From positions 4,064,001 to 4,128,000 of the forward strand of contig OY970192.1 in the NCBI GenBank assembly GCA_963708135.1: a stretch of DNA of 64,000 nt, written 5' to 3'. Below, piece by piece: positions 30,107 through 40,236 of this stretch. Each line of letters begins with the position of its first letter. The first letter of the stretch is position 1. Below the pieces are notes generated by a model that was given only the letters and a program-made list of their open reading frames with translations, did no database searches and had not been told where the DNA came from. The DNA is from an uncultured Gemmatimonadales bacterium. GTDB lineage: Bacteria > Gemmatimonadota > Gemmatimonadetes > Longimicrobiales > RSA9. The translations under genes and the position numbers were made by a program.

Positions 30107-33100
30107 ATGCACGCCAGTCCGCCCCCCGCCTTCGACCGGCTGCTCCGCCGGACCACCCGCCGTGACCGGCTGGCGCCGCTGCTGCGCGCGCTCGGACTCG
30201 AGCCGTGCGCGGTCGAGGTCGAGTTGGAGGGTGGCGGCGGCGAGGGGGAGGCGGGCCGCGAGGTTCGCTACGCCGCCATCGTCGCGGAGCGGGGCGGGCT
30301 CACGGCGCTGCTCGCCGAGCTCGAGGCGGAGCCGGCGCCGGAGGGCGTGGCCGCGCTGACGCGGCGGCTCGCCCCGCGCGACCCCCGGCCCCGCCTCTTC
30401 CTCTTCGCCTCGCCCGGCTACCGGCGTCTGGCCTTCGCGTCGGCGGGGCTCGAGGGGGAGGTGCGGCAGCTCTTCGTGGACCGGCTGCGCCCGCGGCAGA
30501 CGGACCTCGAGACGCTGGCGGAGATGGCCGCGCGGGAGGGCGAGGGCGGGGTGGCGCTGGCGCTTCGACATGCGCGGGCGCTCGACCGGACGCGCGTGAC
30601 CCGCCGCTTCTTCGCGGACTTTCGCGCGGCCAGGGCGCGGGTCGCGGGCGCATGGCGGGGGCTGGCGCGCGGCGACGCCTCCGCGCGCGCCCAGCTCGCG
30701 CTGCTGTTCCTCTCGCGCCTGATGTTCCTCTACTTCCTCCAGCGGCAGGGCCACCTGGCCGGCGCGCCCGACTACCTGCCGGGGCTGCTCCGGCGATGGC
30801 AGCGCGGGGACGTGCGGAATGGGGGTGGGAGCCCGGGGACGAGCACGCCGACCGCGGCGGCGGGGCGGCGGGATGTCCATGCCACGTTCTTCCGCTCGGT
30901 GCTCCAGCCGCTGTTCTTCGGGGCGCTCAATACCCGCCCGGAGGCGCGCGACGCGGAGGCGCGGGCGCTCGGCCCGCTGCCGTACCTGAACGGCGGCCTC
31001 TTCGAGCGGCACGGGCTGGAGCGCCGACACCCCCACCTGGACCTCCCGGACGCGGCCGTGGCGGCGGTGTTCGACGAGCTGCTCGAGCGCTACCGCTTCA
31101 CGACGCGGGAGGCCTCGCAGGCGGCGGTGGACGGAGCGCAGGACCTCGGCATCGACCCGGAGATGCTCGGGCGGGTGTTCGAGGGTCTGATGGCGCCGGA
31201 ACGGCGCGGGGCGACGGGGACCTTCTACACGCCGGCCCGGGTGGTGGACCGGCTGGTGCGCGAATCGCTGGCGGCGGGGCTGGGGACGCGGGCGGCGCTG
31301 GACCCGGAGCGGGCCGCGGCGGTGGTGGAGCGGGGGGAGGTGGCGGGGCTCACGGCGCACGAGCGGGCGAGGCTCGCGGCGGCGCTCCGCGAGCTGCGGG
31401 TGCTCGATCCGGCATGCGGCTCGGGGGCATTCCTCGTCGGCGCGCTCTCGCGCCTGGCGCGGATCAGGACGGCGCTGGCGGGCCCGGAGGTGGACGTACG
31501 CGCGCTCCGCCGCGAGATCGTGGCGAAGTGCCTCCACGGGGTGGACCTCCAGGAGGACGCGGCCCTCCTCTGCGCGCTCCGCCTCTGGCTGGCGCTCGCC
31601 GCGGGGCCCTCGCGGGGCGGTGGCGCGGTGGCGGCGGGTCCGTCGCGCGGCGCTGGCGCCGCGCCGCCTGCCGGGCCGCGGACCGCCGCACTGGATCCCG
31701 TGGTCCCACCGCTCCCGAACCTCGACCGGCGGATCCGCCAGGGCGATGCGCTGCTGGACCCGCTGGACCTGCTCTCGGCCGGACCGGCCGGCGGCGCCTG
31801 GCGGGGGGCGGCCGTGGACGGCCGCGTCCGCGCCGCGGTCGCGGCCATGCGGCCGCTCGGCGAGCGCTACCTGACGGCCGATCCGGCCGAGCGGCCCGCG
31901 CTGCGGCGTGGCCTCGCCGCCGCGGAGACGGAGCTCGCCACCGCCTGGACGCTGGCCGTCGAGGCCCGGCTCCGGGCGCGGCTGCGGGAGCTCCGCGCCG
32001 ACGCGCTCGCCCGCGACCTCTTCGGCGGCGTCCCGGCCTCGGCAAGGCAGGCGGAAGCGGAAGCAGCGGTCGCCGCACGGTGGATGGCGGAGGTCGAGGC
32101 CACGCGAGCGTCGCTCGCGGACAAGGGCGCTCTCCCGTTCTTCAGCTTCGGGGTCCACTTCGCGGAGGGGGGAACCGGCGGCTTCGACCTGATCCTCTCG
32201 AACCCGCCCTGGGTGCGGGCGCGCCGCTGGCCGGCCGCCGTGGGCCGGCTCGTGCGCACCCGCTACGAGGTCTGCCGCGCGCCCGGCTGGCGTCCCGGCG
32301 CCGCGGCCGCGGGCGCTCCTGCGGCGGCGGGTGGGCAGATCGACCTGGCGCTGCTGTTCCTCGAGCGCGCGCTCGGGCTGCTCGCGCCGGGCGGGACGCT
32401 CGGCATGGTGCTCCCCGCCAAGGCGCTCCGCTCGCTGTACGGCGCCGGCGGCCGCCGGCTCCTGGTCCGGGGCACGCGCCTCGTCGCCATCGAGGACCAC
32501 AGCCTGGACCAGCGCTCGATCTTCCGCGCCGATGCGTTCGCGGCCACGGTGGTGGCGGTGCGGGCCGGGGCCGACACGGGCCGGGGTGGCGGAGCGCTGG
32601 GCGCGGGCGGCCCCACCCGCGTCTCCGCCGTCCGCGTCACCATGGTCCGCCGGGATGTCGCGCCGCTCCGCTTCGCGGTCTCGCAGGACGAGCTGCCGCT
32701 CGTTCCCGGCGACGTCGACGCGCCGTGGCTGCTGGCGCCGCCGGAGGCATTGGCGGCGCTGCGTCGCATGCAGGCGGCGGGACCGCCGCTCACGGCCGGG
32801 ACCGGGCTGCGGGTGCGGCGCGGCATCGTGACGGGCGCGAACGACGTGCTGCTCGTCCCGCACGCGGAGGCCAAGCTCGGCGGGCTCGCGCGGATCCGGG
32901 CGCTCGGGGCGAGGAACCAGGCGGCGCCGGCGTTCCAGGCGATGATCGAGGCCGACGCCCTGCGCCCGCTCGTGCGCGGCGCCGGCATCGAGGCATGGAG
33001 CTACCGGGCGGCCGGCCACCTCGTCTGGACGCACGACGACGAGAGCGCCGCGCCGCACCCTCCGCCGCCCCGTGCCGCGCGCTATCTGGCCCGCCACGAC

Positions 33101-33640
33101 GCGGCGCTGCGCGCGCGCTCCGGCTGGCACCCCGCCCTCCCCGACGGCGCCGTGTTCAGGGTCACGCCCGACACGCTGCGGCCCAAGGTGGCCTGGCACG
33201 ACCTCTCCGACACGCTGAAGGCGGTCGCGCTGCCGGCGCGGGTGCGGGGCGTGGACGGCCGCGAGCGCCCGCTCATCCCGCTGAACACGGTCTACTTCAT
33301 CCCGGTGGACGACGCGGCCACGGCCCAACTCCTGGCGGCCTACATGAACTCGCTGCCCGTCCGGACCTTCGCCCGGGCCGTGGCGGAGCGCGCCAAGGAC
33401 GCGCGCTTCCGTTTCTTCGCGTGGTGCGTTGCGATGATTCCCCTTCCGGACCGCTGGAGCCGGGGCCCCGCCGCTGCCCGGCTGCTCGCCCTCTCGGCCG
33501 AGGCGCACCGCGCCGGCTGCCTCGCCCCGGAGCGCGCCGCCGAGCTGGACCGGCTCGTGGCGGCGTCCTACCGGCTGGAGCCCGAGCACGTGCAGGCGCT
33601 CGCCCATTTCGACGCCTGGCTTCGCGGGGTGGCGACGTGA
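30107..33640 (+). CDS. N6-adenine DNA methyltransferase, Eco57I/type IIG-like, with TaqI-C-like specificity region
   Basis: RLMFLYFLQ, PYLNGGLF, DPEMLGRVFE, GTFYTP, LDPACGSGAF (motif I), NPPW (motif IV), GIVTGAN, LNTVYFI. Confidence 0.88.
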   Translation: MHASPPPAFDRLLRRTTRRDRLAPLLRALGLEPCAVEVELEGGGGEGEAGREVRYAAIVAERGGLTALLAELEAEPAPEGVAALTRRLAPRDPRPRLFLFASPGYRRLAFASAGLEGEVRQLFVDRLRPRQTDLETLAEMAAREGEGGVALALRHARALDRTRVTRRFFADFRAARARVAGAWRGLARGDASARAQLALLFLSRLMFLYFLQRQGHLAGAPDYLPGLLRRWQRGDVRNGGGSPGTSTPTAAAGRRDVHATFFRSVLQPLFFGALNTRPEARDAEARALGPLPYLNGGLFERHGLERRHPHLDLPDAAVAAVFDELLERYRFTTREASQAAVDGAQDLGIDPEMLGRVFEGLMAPERRGATGTFYTPARVVDRLVRESLAAGLGTRAALDPERAAAVVERGEVAGLTAHERARLAAALRELRVLDPACGSGAFLVGALSRLARIRTALAGPEVDVRALRREIVAKCLHGVDLQEDAALLCALRLWLALAAGPSRGGGAVAAGPSRGAGAAPPAGPRTAALDPVVPPLPNLDRRIRQGDALLDPLDLLSAGPAGGAWRGAAVDGRVRAAVAAMRPLGERYLTADPAERPALRRGLAAAETELATAWTLAVEARLRARLRELRADALARDLFGGVPASARQAEAEAAVAARWMAEVEATRASLADKGALPFFSFGVHFAEGGTGGFDLILSNPPWVRARRWPAAVGRLVRTRYEVCRAPGWRPGAAAAGAPAAAGGQIDLALLFLERALGLLAPGGTLGMVLPAKALRSLYGAGGRRLLVRGTRLVAIEDHSLDQRSIFRADAFAATVVAVRAGADTGRGGGALGAGGPTRVSAVRVTMVRRDVAPLRFAVSQDELPLVPGDVDAPWLLAPPEALAALRRMQAAGPPLTAGTGLRVRRGIVTGANDVLLVPHAEAKLGGLARIRALGARNQAAPAFQAMIEADALRPLVRGAGIEAWSYRAAGHLVWTHDDESAAPHPPPPRAARYLARHDAALRARSGWHPALPDGAVFRVTPDTLRPKVAWHDLSDTLKAVALPARVRGVDGRERPLIPLNTVYFIPVDDAATAQLLAAYMNSLPVRTFARAVAERAKDARFRFFAWCVAMIPLPDRWSRGPAAARLLALSAEAHRAGCLAPERAAELDRLVAASYRLEPEHVQALAHFDAWLRGVAT

Positions 33641-36600
33641 ACGGCCCCGCGCCGCCGGTGCCCGCCATACCGCCGGTGCTCCTCCTGGACGAGCGCCGCG
33701 CACCCTCGCTGCGCGACTTCCTGGGCCCCGTGCTCGCCGGGGCGGCGGCGGCGGACTTCGCCATCACGCGCGTTCGGCTGGCCGCCGTCGATCTCGAGCC
33801 GGACGAACTCGCGGGGCTGGTGCGCTGCCGGCTGCTGCTCGGCCGCGTGGACGCGCAGACGCTGGCCGGCACGGAGCGCGACGCCGCCATCCGCCGGGAG
33901 CACGCCCGCCGCCTCCATGGCCTGCGCGCGCTGCTCGCCGCCGGCGCCATCGAGGTGCGCGCCGCCGGAACCGCTGCATGGAGCCCCGACTTCTCGGTTG
34001 TCCACGGCGGCGCGCGCGCCGCTCCCGAGCCGCGCCTCGCCCTGCTGGGCGCTCATTACTTCGCGCGCCCGTTCCCGGTCGGCGGGCCCGCGCTGACCTG
34101 CGTGCTCCGCGACGCCGGCGTGGCACGCTCGTTCGCGGACCGCTTCGAGGAGCTCTGGCGCCGCGGCTACGACATCGCCGCCGTGATCGATGATGCCCTG
34201 GCCCGCATGGCGCCGGGAGGGGAGACGCCGGCGGTGCGGGAGGCCGCGGCGCTCTACCGCGCCGGCGCCGGGAGCATAGCAGAGAAGGCCGGCAGCGAAC
34301 GCACCTTGAAGGACCCCGGCGCCGGACCCGGCGCGGCTCGCCCGCGCGCCGAGCGCACCGCCGGCCGGGGTCTGACACCGGGCGCGCAACCGGATGCCGG
34401 CGGGGGCGATGCCGCCGGGGGGGCGCCTGTCGCCCCGCGCGACGGGTCCGACCGCGGGAAGGGAGGCGCCGCGGCGGCCGTCCTCCGGTGTATGCTCCTG
34501 TCCCGGTTCGGCCCGCCGCCATCGGTCGGCGGGCCGCCGGGCGAGGCGCGCCCGCTGTTCGACCTGGCGGCGTTCCAGCACGAGGCGGTCGAGCGCGCTG
34601 CGACGGCGCTGGCGGCGTGGCGTGGCGTCGTCATCGCGGACGCCGTCGGGCTCGGCAAGACGTACGTCGCGCTAGCGCTGATCGAGCGCGCGGTGCGGGC
34701 CGGCCGGCGCGCCGCCGTGATCGGGCCGGCGGCGCTCCGGAACGAGTGGACGCGGCCGCTCCGGCGGCTGCGGGACGCGTGCGGCTGCGCCTCGATCGGT
34801 CTCGGCGGCGAGGATGGCGGAGGCGCGCCGGCGACGGGCGGCGGGCTCGTCGCCTGGCTGACGCACGCCCGACTCAGCCGCGGCTCCCACCGCCCGGAGC
34901 GCCTGCTCCCGCTGGACCTGGTGGTGGTGGACGAGGCGCACGCGTTCCGCTCGGAGCGCACGCGCCGCTACCACGCGCTGGCGGAGCTCTGCCGGGACGC
35001 GCGCGTCGTGCTGCTCACCGCCACGCCCGTGAACAACGCGCCCGGAGATCTCCGCGCGCTGCTGCGCCTGTTCGCCGCCGATGGCGCGTTCCGCGACGCC
35101 GGCGTGCCGTCGCTCGCGGAGGCGTTCGCGGCGGGGGCGGGCGGCGATGTGGGGCCCGTGCCCATCGCGCGGGTGCTCGAGCGCGTCATGATCCGGCGGA
35201 CGCGGCCGTTCGTGCGCGAGCGCCACGGCGGCGTGCTGCTGCCGGACGGCCGGCGGCTGGCGTTCCCGCGGCGCGCGCCGCCCGTGGCCGTGCGCTACAC
35301 GCTCGATGATGCCCTGCCGGGGTTCGCCGCCGAGGCCGTCGCGCGGATCGAGGCGCTGGCGTTCGCGCCGCTTCGCCTGGGCGCCTACGGCGACGATGCC
35401 GCCGAGGGCGCCGGCGCCGCCGACCTGCTGCGCGTCCACCTGCTCAAGCGGCTCGAGTCCAGCGCCGCCGCGTTCGAGGCGACGCTGCGCCACCAGATCC
35501 GCTTCCTGGAGGCGTTCCTCGATGCCCTCCATCGCGGACGGCTACTCGCCCCGCGCGAGCACGCCGGCCTCCATGCCGGAGACCGGGACGCCGTGCAGCT
35601 CTCGCTCGACACCCTCGTGCTCCGCCGCCTGCCGCCCCGCCTCGAGGTCGAGCGCCTCGATGGCGACGCCGGCGCCGACCTCCACGCCCTGCGCGGCCTC
35701 GCCCGCGCCCTGGCCGGGGCGCCGCCCGGGACGGATCCCAAGCTCGCGGCGCTGCGGACTCTGCTCGACGGCCCGCTCGCCGGCGAGAAGGTGCTCGTCT
35801 TCACCGAGTTCCGCGACACGGCCCGCCACCTCTGGCGCGCGCTGGCGGAGCGCGGTCACGTCGCCCTCATCGACGGCGGCGGCGCTTTCCTCGGCCGGAG
35901 CCCCGCCGGCCGGCGCGAGGTCATCGCCCGCTTCGCGCCGCGCGCGAACGGCCGCCCCGAGCCGCCGCCTCGCGAGCGCGTGGATCTCCTCATCGCCACC
36001 GACGTGCTCTCCGAAGGCCTCAACCTCCAGGACGCGCGCCGGGTGGTCAGCTACGACCTGCCCTGGAACCCCGTACGGCTCATCCAGCGGATCGGCCGGA
36101 TCGACCGCCTCGGCTCCTCCCACGAGACCGTCTACACCTACCATTTCCTCCCCGAGCACGGCCTCGAGCATGCGCTCCGCCTGCTCGAGCGCCTGCGCCG
36201 GAAGATCGTCGCCATCGGCCGGACCGTCGGCGGCGAGGACTCGCCGCTAGCGGGGAGAGGGGCCGGGGCGGCGTGGGCACGCCGCGGCGGGAAGGAGGAG
36301 GCCGGCGGCGGAGGGGTCGGGCAGCTCGAGCCCGGCGCCGGCGCCTCTCTCCTCGACCGCCTGGCCGCCGGCGACCCCGACGTCCTCGACGACATCGAGC
36401 GCGCCGACGCCGCGCCCTTCGAGGCGGAAGAGCGGCTGCGCGCGGCGTGGCGGGCGCTGGCCGCCGGGCAGGATCACAGCCGTGCGGAGATGCACGGCGC
36501 GCCGGAGGTGGCGAAAGGGACCGCAACAGAGCCGGGCGCGCGAGCGCCCGGGGGGGCGGACCGTGACACCGCGGCGGAGACCGGACAGGCGGCCGGTTTG

Positions 36601-37362
36601 GACGTCGCCATCCCGACCGCATCGATGACGCTGGAGGGAAGACACCGGCTGCTGCTGGCACTCGCCGCGGGCGAGGAGAAGCGCTGGCTGGTCTACGATG
36701 TGGCGGACGCGAGGATCGATGCCGACCCGAGGGCCGCGGACGTGCTCGCCGCGGTCGCGCTGGAGCGGGCGCCGTCCGCCGGACTGGAGCGCATGGAAGC
36801 CGCCCCACGCCCGGAAGGCGGGAGCACGGACCGCCTGCCGCCGGCGGGCCCCGCCTCGGACGTGCGGCCGCGCGCCAGCCGCGTCTCGTGGAGGGAGCCG
36901 GTGCCGGACCGGCGACTCCTGGATGGCGCCACCGCCGCGGCGGAGCGAGCGCTTCGAGCCGAGCCTCTCGCCCGGCGCCTGTCGCCGCCCGCCCATCGCT
37001 CGCCCGCCGCCCGCGCCGCACGCCGGGCGATCGGCCTCCTCGCGGCGCTGCCCGGCGGCCCGGACGCGGCGCTCTGCGCGCGGGCCGACGCTGCCCTCGG
37101 GGCCCTCGAGCGGGTCCGCGATGCGGGGACCGAGACCGCGATCGCCGCGCTGCTCGACGGTAAGCTCCGCGGGACCGAGGCCGAGGCCGCGGAGGCGTTC
37201 CTGGGCGGACTCGAAGCCGTCCTTCCGGCGCCGCCGGAGGACGGCGGGAGCGTCGCCTCGAAGGCCCTCCCGTGGCAGCTCATGGCCGCGCTCGAGGTGG
37301 TCCCGCCGGGCGGGCGGCGCGGGCCGTCGGGGGGCCACATCCGGGCATGTGCGTCCGGTTGA
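33637..37362 (+). CDS. SNF2-family helicase with a degenerate N-terminal PLD-like domain
   Basis: GTGA overlap with the MTase stop; FQHEAV, ADAVGLGKT, DEAH, LTATP, KVLVFTEFRDTA, TDVLSEGLNLQ, QRIGRIDR; N-domain ends FADRFEELW. Confidence 0.87.
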   Translation: MNGPAPPVPAIPPVLLLDERRAPSLRDFLGPVLAGAAAADFAITRVRLAAVDLEPDELAGLVRCRLLLGRVDAQTLAGTERDAAIRREHARRLHGLRALLAAGAIEVRAAGTAAWSPDFSVVHGGARAAPEPRLALLGAHYFARPFPVGGPALTCVLRDAGVARSFADRFEELWRRGYDIAAVIDDALARMAPGGETPAVREAAALYRAGAGSIAEKAGSERTLKDPGAGPGAARPRAERTAGRGLTPGAQPDAGGGDAAGGAPVAPRDGSDRGKGGAAAAVLRCMLLSRFGPPPSVGGPPGEARPLFDLAAFQHEAVERAATALAAWRGVVIADAVGLGKTYVALALIERAVRAGRRAAVIGPAALRNEWTRPLRRLRDACGCASIGLGGEDGGGAPATGGGLVAWLTHARLSRGSHRPERLLPLDLVVVDEAHAFRSERTRRYHALAELCRDARVVLLTATPVNNAPGDLRALLRLFAADGAFRDAGVPSLAEAFAAGAGGDVGPVPIARVLERVMIRRTRPFVRERHGGVLLPDGRRLAFPRRAPPVAVRYTLDDALPGFAAEAVARIEALAFAPLRLGAYGDDAAEGAGAADLLRVHLLKRLESSAAAFEATLRHQIRFLEAFLDALHRGRLLAPREHAGLHAGDRDAVQLSLDTLVLRRLPPRLEVERLDGDAGADLHALRGLARALAGAPPGTDPKLAALRTLLDGPLAGEKVLVFTEFRDTARHLWRALAERGHVALIDGGGAFLGRSPAGRREVIARFAPRANGRPEPPPRERVDLLIATDVLSEGLNLQDARRVVSYDLPWNPVRLIQRIGRIDRLGSSHETVYTYHFLPEHGLEHALRLLERLRRKIVAIGRTVGGEDSPLAGRGAGAAWARRGGKEEAGGGGVGQLEPGAGASLLDRLAAGDPDVLDDIERADAAPFEAEERLRAAWRALAAGQDHSRAEMHGAPEVAKGTATEPGARAPGGADRDTAAETGQAAGLDVAIPTASMTLEGRHRLLLALAAGEEKRWLVYDVADARIDADPRAADVLAAVALERAPSAGLERMEAAPRPEGGSTDRLPPAGPASDVRPRASRVSWREPVPDRRLLDGATAAAERALRAEPLARRLSPPAHRSPAARAARRAIGLLAALPGGPDAALCARADAALGALERVRDAGTETAIAALLDGKLRGTEAEAAEAFLGGLEAVLPAPPEDGGSVASKALPWQLMAALEVVPPGGRRGPSGGHIRACASG

Positions 37363-37387
37363 CCGAGGTGGCGGCCCCGGTTACATT
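37359..37387 (+). promoter_or_regulatory. Sigma70-type promoter of tRNA-Asn
   Basis: TTGACC-17 nt-TACATT, ending 15 nt upstream of the tRNA. Confidence 0.75.
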
Positions 37388-37402
37388 TACCGTCTGAAAA
37401 AT

Positions 37403-37475
37403 TCCCGCGTAGCTCAGTTGGTAGAGCAGATGACTGTTAATCATCGGGTCGCAGGTTCGAGTCCTGCCGCGGGAG
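37403..37475 (+). tRNA. tRNA-Asn (GTT), CCA not encoded
   Basis: Acceptor stem TCCCGCG/CGCGGGA, D-arm GCTC/GAGC, anticodon arm GATGA-CTGTTAA-TCATC, T-arm GCAGG-TTCGAGT-CCTGC. Confidence 0.97.
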
Positions 37476-37478
37476 CTG

Positions 37479-37534
37479 ACGGCCTCAGGAACGCGTTGCG
37501 CCGCAACGGATCCTGAGGCCGTTGTGGTTTCGTT
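37479..37534 (+). terminator. Long hairpin/terminator after the tRNA
   Basis: 12-bp stem ACGGCCTCAGGA/TCCTGAGGCCGT with an inner CGTTGC/GCAACG stem, followed by a T-rich tail. Confidence 0.65.
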
Positions 37535-38315
37535 GCGATTTCCCGATGCCGCTCGCGGGCCCTCCGGGGGCAACGTTCCCCCCCAATGCGCGCGCGTCGC
37601 GCGCTCATTCTTCCCGCTCTTATCCGTCTCGTCGGCGCCACGGCTCATGTTCTCCTCCCGGATCGCACGGTATCGGAGCCGGCGGGCAACTGCAAGGCCC
37701 GCTTCGGATGGGACGCCGCACCGCCACCGCTCGCGGGCGCGACCGCATGAGCCGGTGCTCTCCGGCCCGACGCAGGAACGAAAAGTCGGGGCGACCGGCT
37801 CTCCCGGCCCCCGACCCCGTGGACTGCCCAAAGCTGGTTTCAGCGGGACGCGGGTCCGAGAGAGATCGGCAGACGGGGAGAGCGTCCCAGTTCTCGGCTG
37901 AAGCCACTTCACGCGCTGCCGTGACGGTCGGATTTCGGGCCCGTCGCGGGGTCGGGCAGGCGCACGTGCGGACCCCACGGACGGCGGGCTTGGTTTTGTT
38001 CATGGTCGTTACCCACGCTAGGACGCAGGTTGAATCGCTCAGCTCCTGAGGCTGAATCTAGGTCTGAGGCCCCGCCACAAGGCCCGGGTGGGCCTCGGAC
38101 GAGCGAGCATTCGTTCTCCGATCTCCCTGGTCAGAGCCGGCGCCGTGGTGAGCTCGCGCGTTGTGGAGCTGGCTGGCACCCCGCGGGGGGTGAAGATGGG
38201 GCAAGAGTCTCGGAGGCCCTCGTGTTGATTGGCCGGCGTGCGGAGTTCGTAGTGGCGCGCTCTCGGCGTCGACTCGGCGTCTGGTCCCCGGAGCCGCCCG
38301 ACCGGGGGGGAGGAC

Positions 38316-38597
38316 GTGATCGCACGGGTTCGAGCGCCGCCGCCCGGCGCCGAGGTATTCACGAGCGCCATCGCGGCGAACCTCCAGCTCCTGTGTCCCG
38401 AATGCCACATGAACAAGACACTGGCGTCACTCGCGCCCGTGAGTCCCGACGTGGAGGGGTTCGTAGCCATGAAGCTGAAGGCGCACGAGCTGCGACGGCG
38501 GTCCGAGGCCAAACGGCCCCTTCGGGAGTGCGACGATCAGGAGCGCTGGAATACGATCCAGCGTGGTTTAATGGACGAGAGGCGCGCGGGCTGCTGA
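38316..38597 (+). pseudogene. HNH endonuclease remnant
   Basis: NLQLLCPECHMNKT is the second half of an HNH/Zn-ribbon motif; the upstream CxxC and DHI elements are missing. Confidence 0.55.
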
Positions 38598-38614
38598 GAG
38601 GCCGTGCGGCCGCG

Positions 38615-38950
38615 TCAGCGGAAGCGAATCTCTACGACCGGGTGCAGCTCGATCGCGTTCGGCGCGAGGCCGCGCTGGTAGTCGCGGAAATCGAAGAATG
38701 CGGCGCCCGTAACGCGGACGCTCGACGGCCGAATGAACTCGGCGTAGCCGGCCGGCGCCGGTCCGAGTGCCCGCTCGACGGCGTGGCGCGCGCCTGTGAA
38801 CGAAGCGTGAAGGCTCGCCAGCGCGCCGAAGGCGCAGTCCGCGCGCGGGATCTCGGCGATCAGCGTGGTCTTCCGCGTGCCGAGCGCGAGAACCAGGTGC
38901 AGGTCGCCATCCTCCAACGAGGTCCGCCTCGACGGTGCAGACGACGCGCT
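38615..38950 (-). pseudogene. Fragment of an uncharacterised (possibly OB-fold-like) protein, frameshifted at ~38917
   Basis: EDGDLHLVL..LIAEIP..VRVTGAAFFDF..APNAIELHPV is protein-like; the upstream ERVVCTVEADLVG lies in an adjacent frame. Confidence 0.45.
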
Positions 38951-39552
38951 CCGCCGCGGCGCCCGCGCGCAGGCCGGCGGCGTCGGTCAGGAGCTCCAGG
39001 ACGGCGATCCGGAAATCAGAAAGCGCCGGGTGCGGTTCGATCCGAAGGAGATCCAGGCGGCGCTAGACCCAGACACTGCCGAGGTCCTCGACCGAGGCCC
39101 CGTCGTCTCCGAACGGCGCGAAAGTCCGCTCTGCGGCCGACACGAAGTCATCATGGTCCGCGCCCTCCGCCGCGTTCGTGATCAGATCGAGGAGAACCGG
39201 AGGTACGGGGCGGCGTGAGGGCGCCAAGCGCCGGCACGTCCGCACCGGGGTCGCGCAAGCGGGTCACGCACCCGTGTAGCCCGAACACCCGGGCATCAAC
39301 TGCGGCGCAAGCACCGGCACCGTGTTTCCCCCTCGGCGGGACGGGTCGGACCGACCGTCTGGCCTCCCTTCCGACGCGCCCCTCGACGAGAAGCCGCCGC
39401 CCCGGCGCCGCCCCTGAGCTTCGTCCAGCCGTTTTTCCGCTTCTACAGTTGATGGCACGGCCGACGGACGAGGGCGGAGCATGGCGCACCGCTGCCTGTC
39501 GGTTCGTCACCCAACCCGGGGAGCACGCTCCCGAAACCGAAGGGAGGTATCC

Positions 39553-40101
39553 ATGCCCGTCCATGCACGCGCCGCAACCGCGACGGTGGCCCTGGCACTC
39601 GCGCTGGTGGCCTGCAACGACACCGTCACGCCGGACGCACCCGCCGTACAGGCTCCCCGCGCCGACGTGGCCGCGAGCAGCGGCGGCGACCACGCGCTCG
39701 TCAACGGCAGCGAGATCCAGTGGGGGCCGGCGCTTCCCTGCTTCCCGGCGGGCGCGGAGCTGGCCGTGGTCGGGGGCAATCCGTTCGAGGCCGGGAAGGT
39801 CTGGACCGTCCGACTCCTCCTCCCGAGCGGTTCCGCGATCGACCCGCACTGGCATCCCACGGACGAGAACGTCACCGTGCTGAGCGGCACGCTCCTGTTC
39901 GGCCACGGGGAGCACTTCGACGAGACCACGATGACCGCGTACGGCAGGGGCGGGTTCTTCACGGCGCCCGCGGGCATGCCTCACTACGTGCAGGCGGTCG
40001 GTCGCACCGAGGTCCAGGTCCACGGGGTGGGACCCTTCGCCCTCGTGTACGTGGAGCATACCCACGGCAACATCCCGGACTGCCCGGTGCCTGCGTCCTG
40101 A
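39553..40101 (+). CDS. Cupin-domain lipoprotein (DUF4437/ChrR-like)
   Basis: RBS AGGGAGG, lipobox LVAC, PHWHPTDE.VTVLSG, PAGMPHY, QVHG.GPF. Confidence 0.85.
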   Translation: MPVHARAATATVALALALVACNDTVTPDAPAVQAPRADVAASSGGDHALVNGSEIQWGPALPCFPAGAELAVVGGNPFEAGKVWTVRLLLPSGSAIDPHWHPTDENVTVLSGTLLFGHGEHFDETTMTAYGRGGFFTAPAGMPHYVQAVGRTEVQVHGVGPFALVYVEHTHGNIPDCPVPAS

Positions 40102-40121
40102 AGGGGAGGAGCCCGGTGGGT

Positions 40122-40156
40122 CCCGGGGGGCGGCCGCCCATCGGCCGCCCCCCGGG
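40122..40156. terminator. Perfect 15-bp GC hairpin after the cupin gene
   Basis: CCCGGGGGGCGGCCG-cccat-CGGCCGCCCCCCGGG; no U-tract. Confidence 0.45.
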
Positions 40157-40213
40157 CTACGCAGCCCGCGGATCACGGCGGAGCCCCTCGAATCCCGGCT
40201 CGACCCGCGCACG

Positions 40214-40236
40214 CGGTACACATCGGTACACATCGG
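40214..40236. repeat. 10-bp tandem direct repeat (CGGTACACAT)x2+
   Basis: CGGTACACAT CGGTACACAT CGG read directly from the sequence. Confidence 0.8.

Noticed and set aside
30205..33636. Apparent 2385-aa helicase ORF starting at 30205
   Set aside because: The first ~1140 codons are an alternative frame of the MTase; the real start is the GTG at 33637 overlapping the MTase stop.
30107..37362. Complete BREX or DISARM system
   Set aside because: No pglZ/brxC or drmA/drmB genes in the window.
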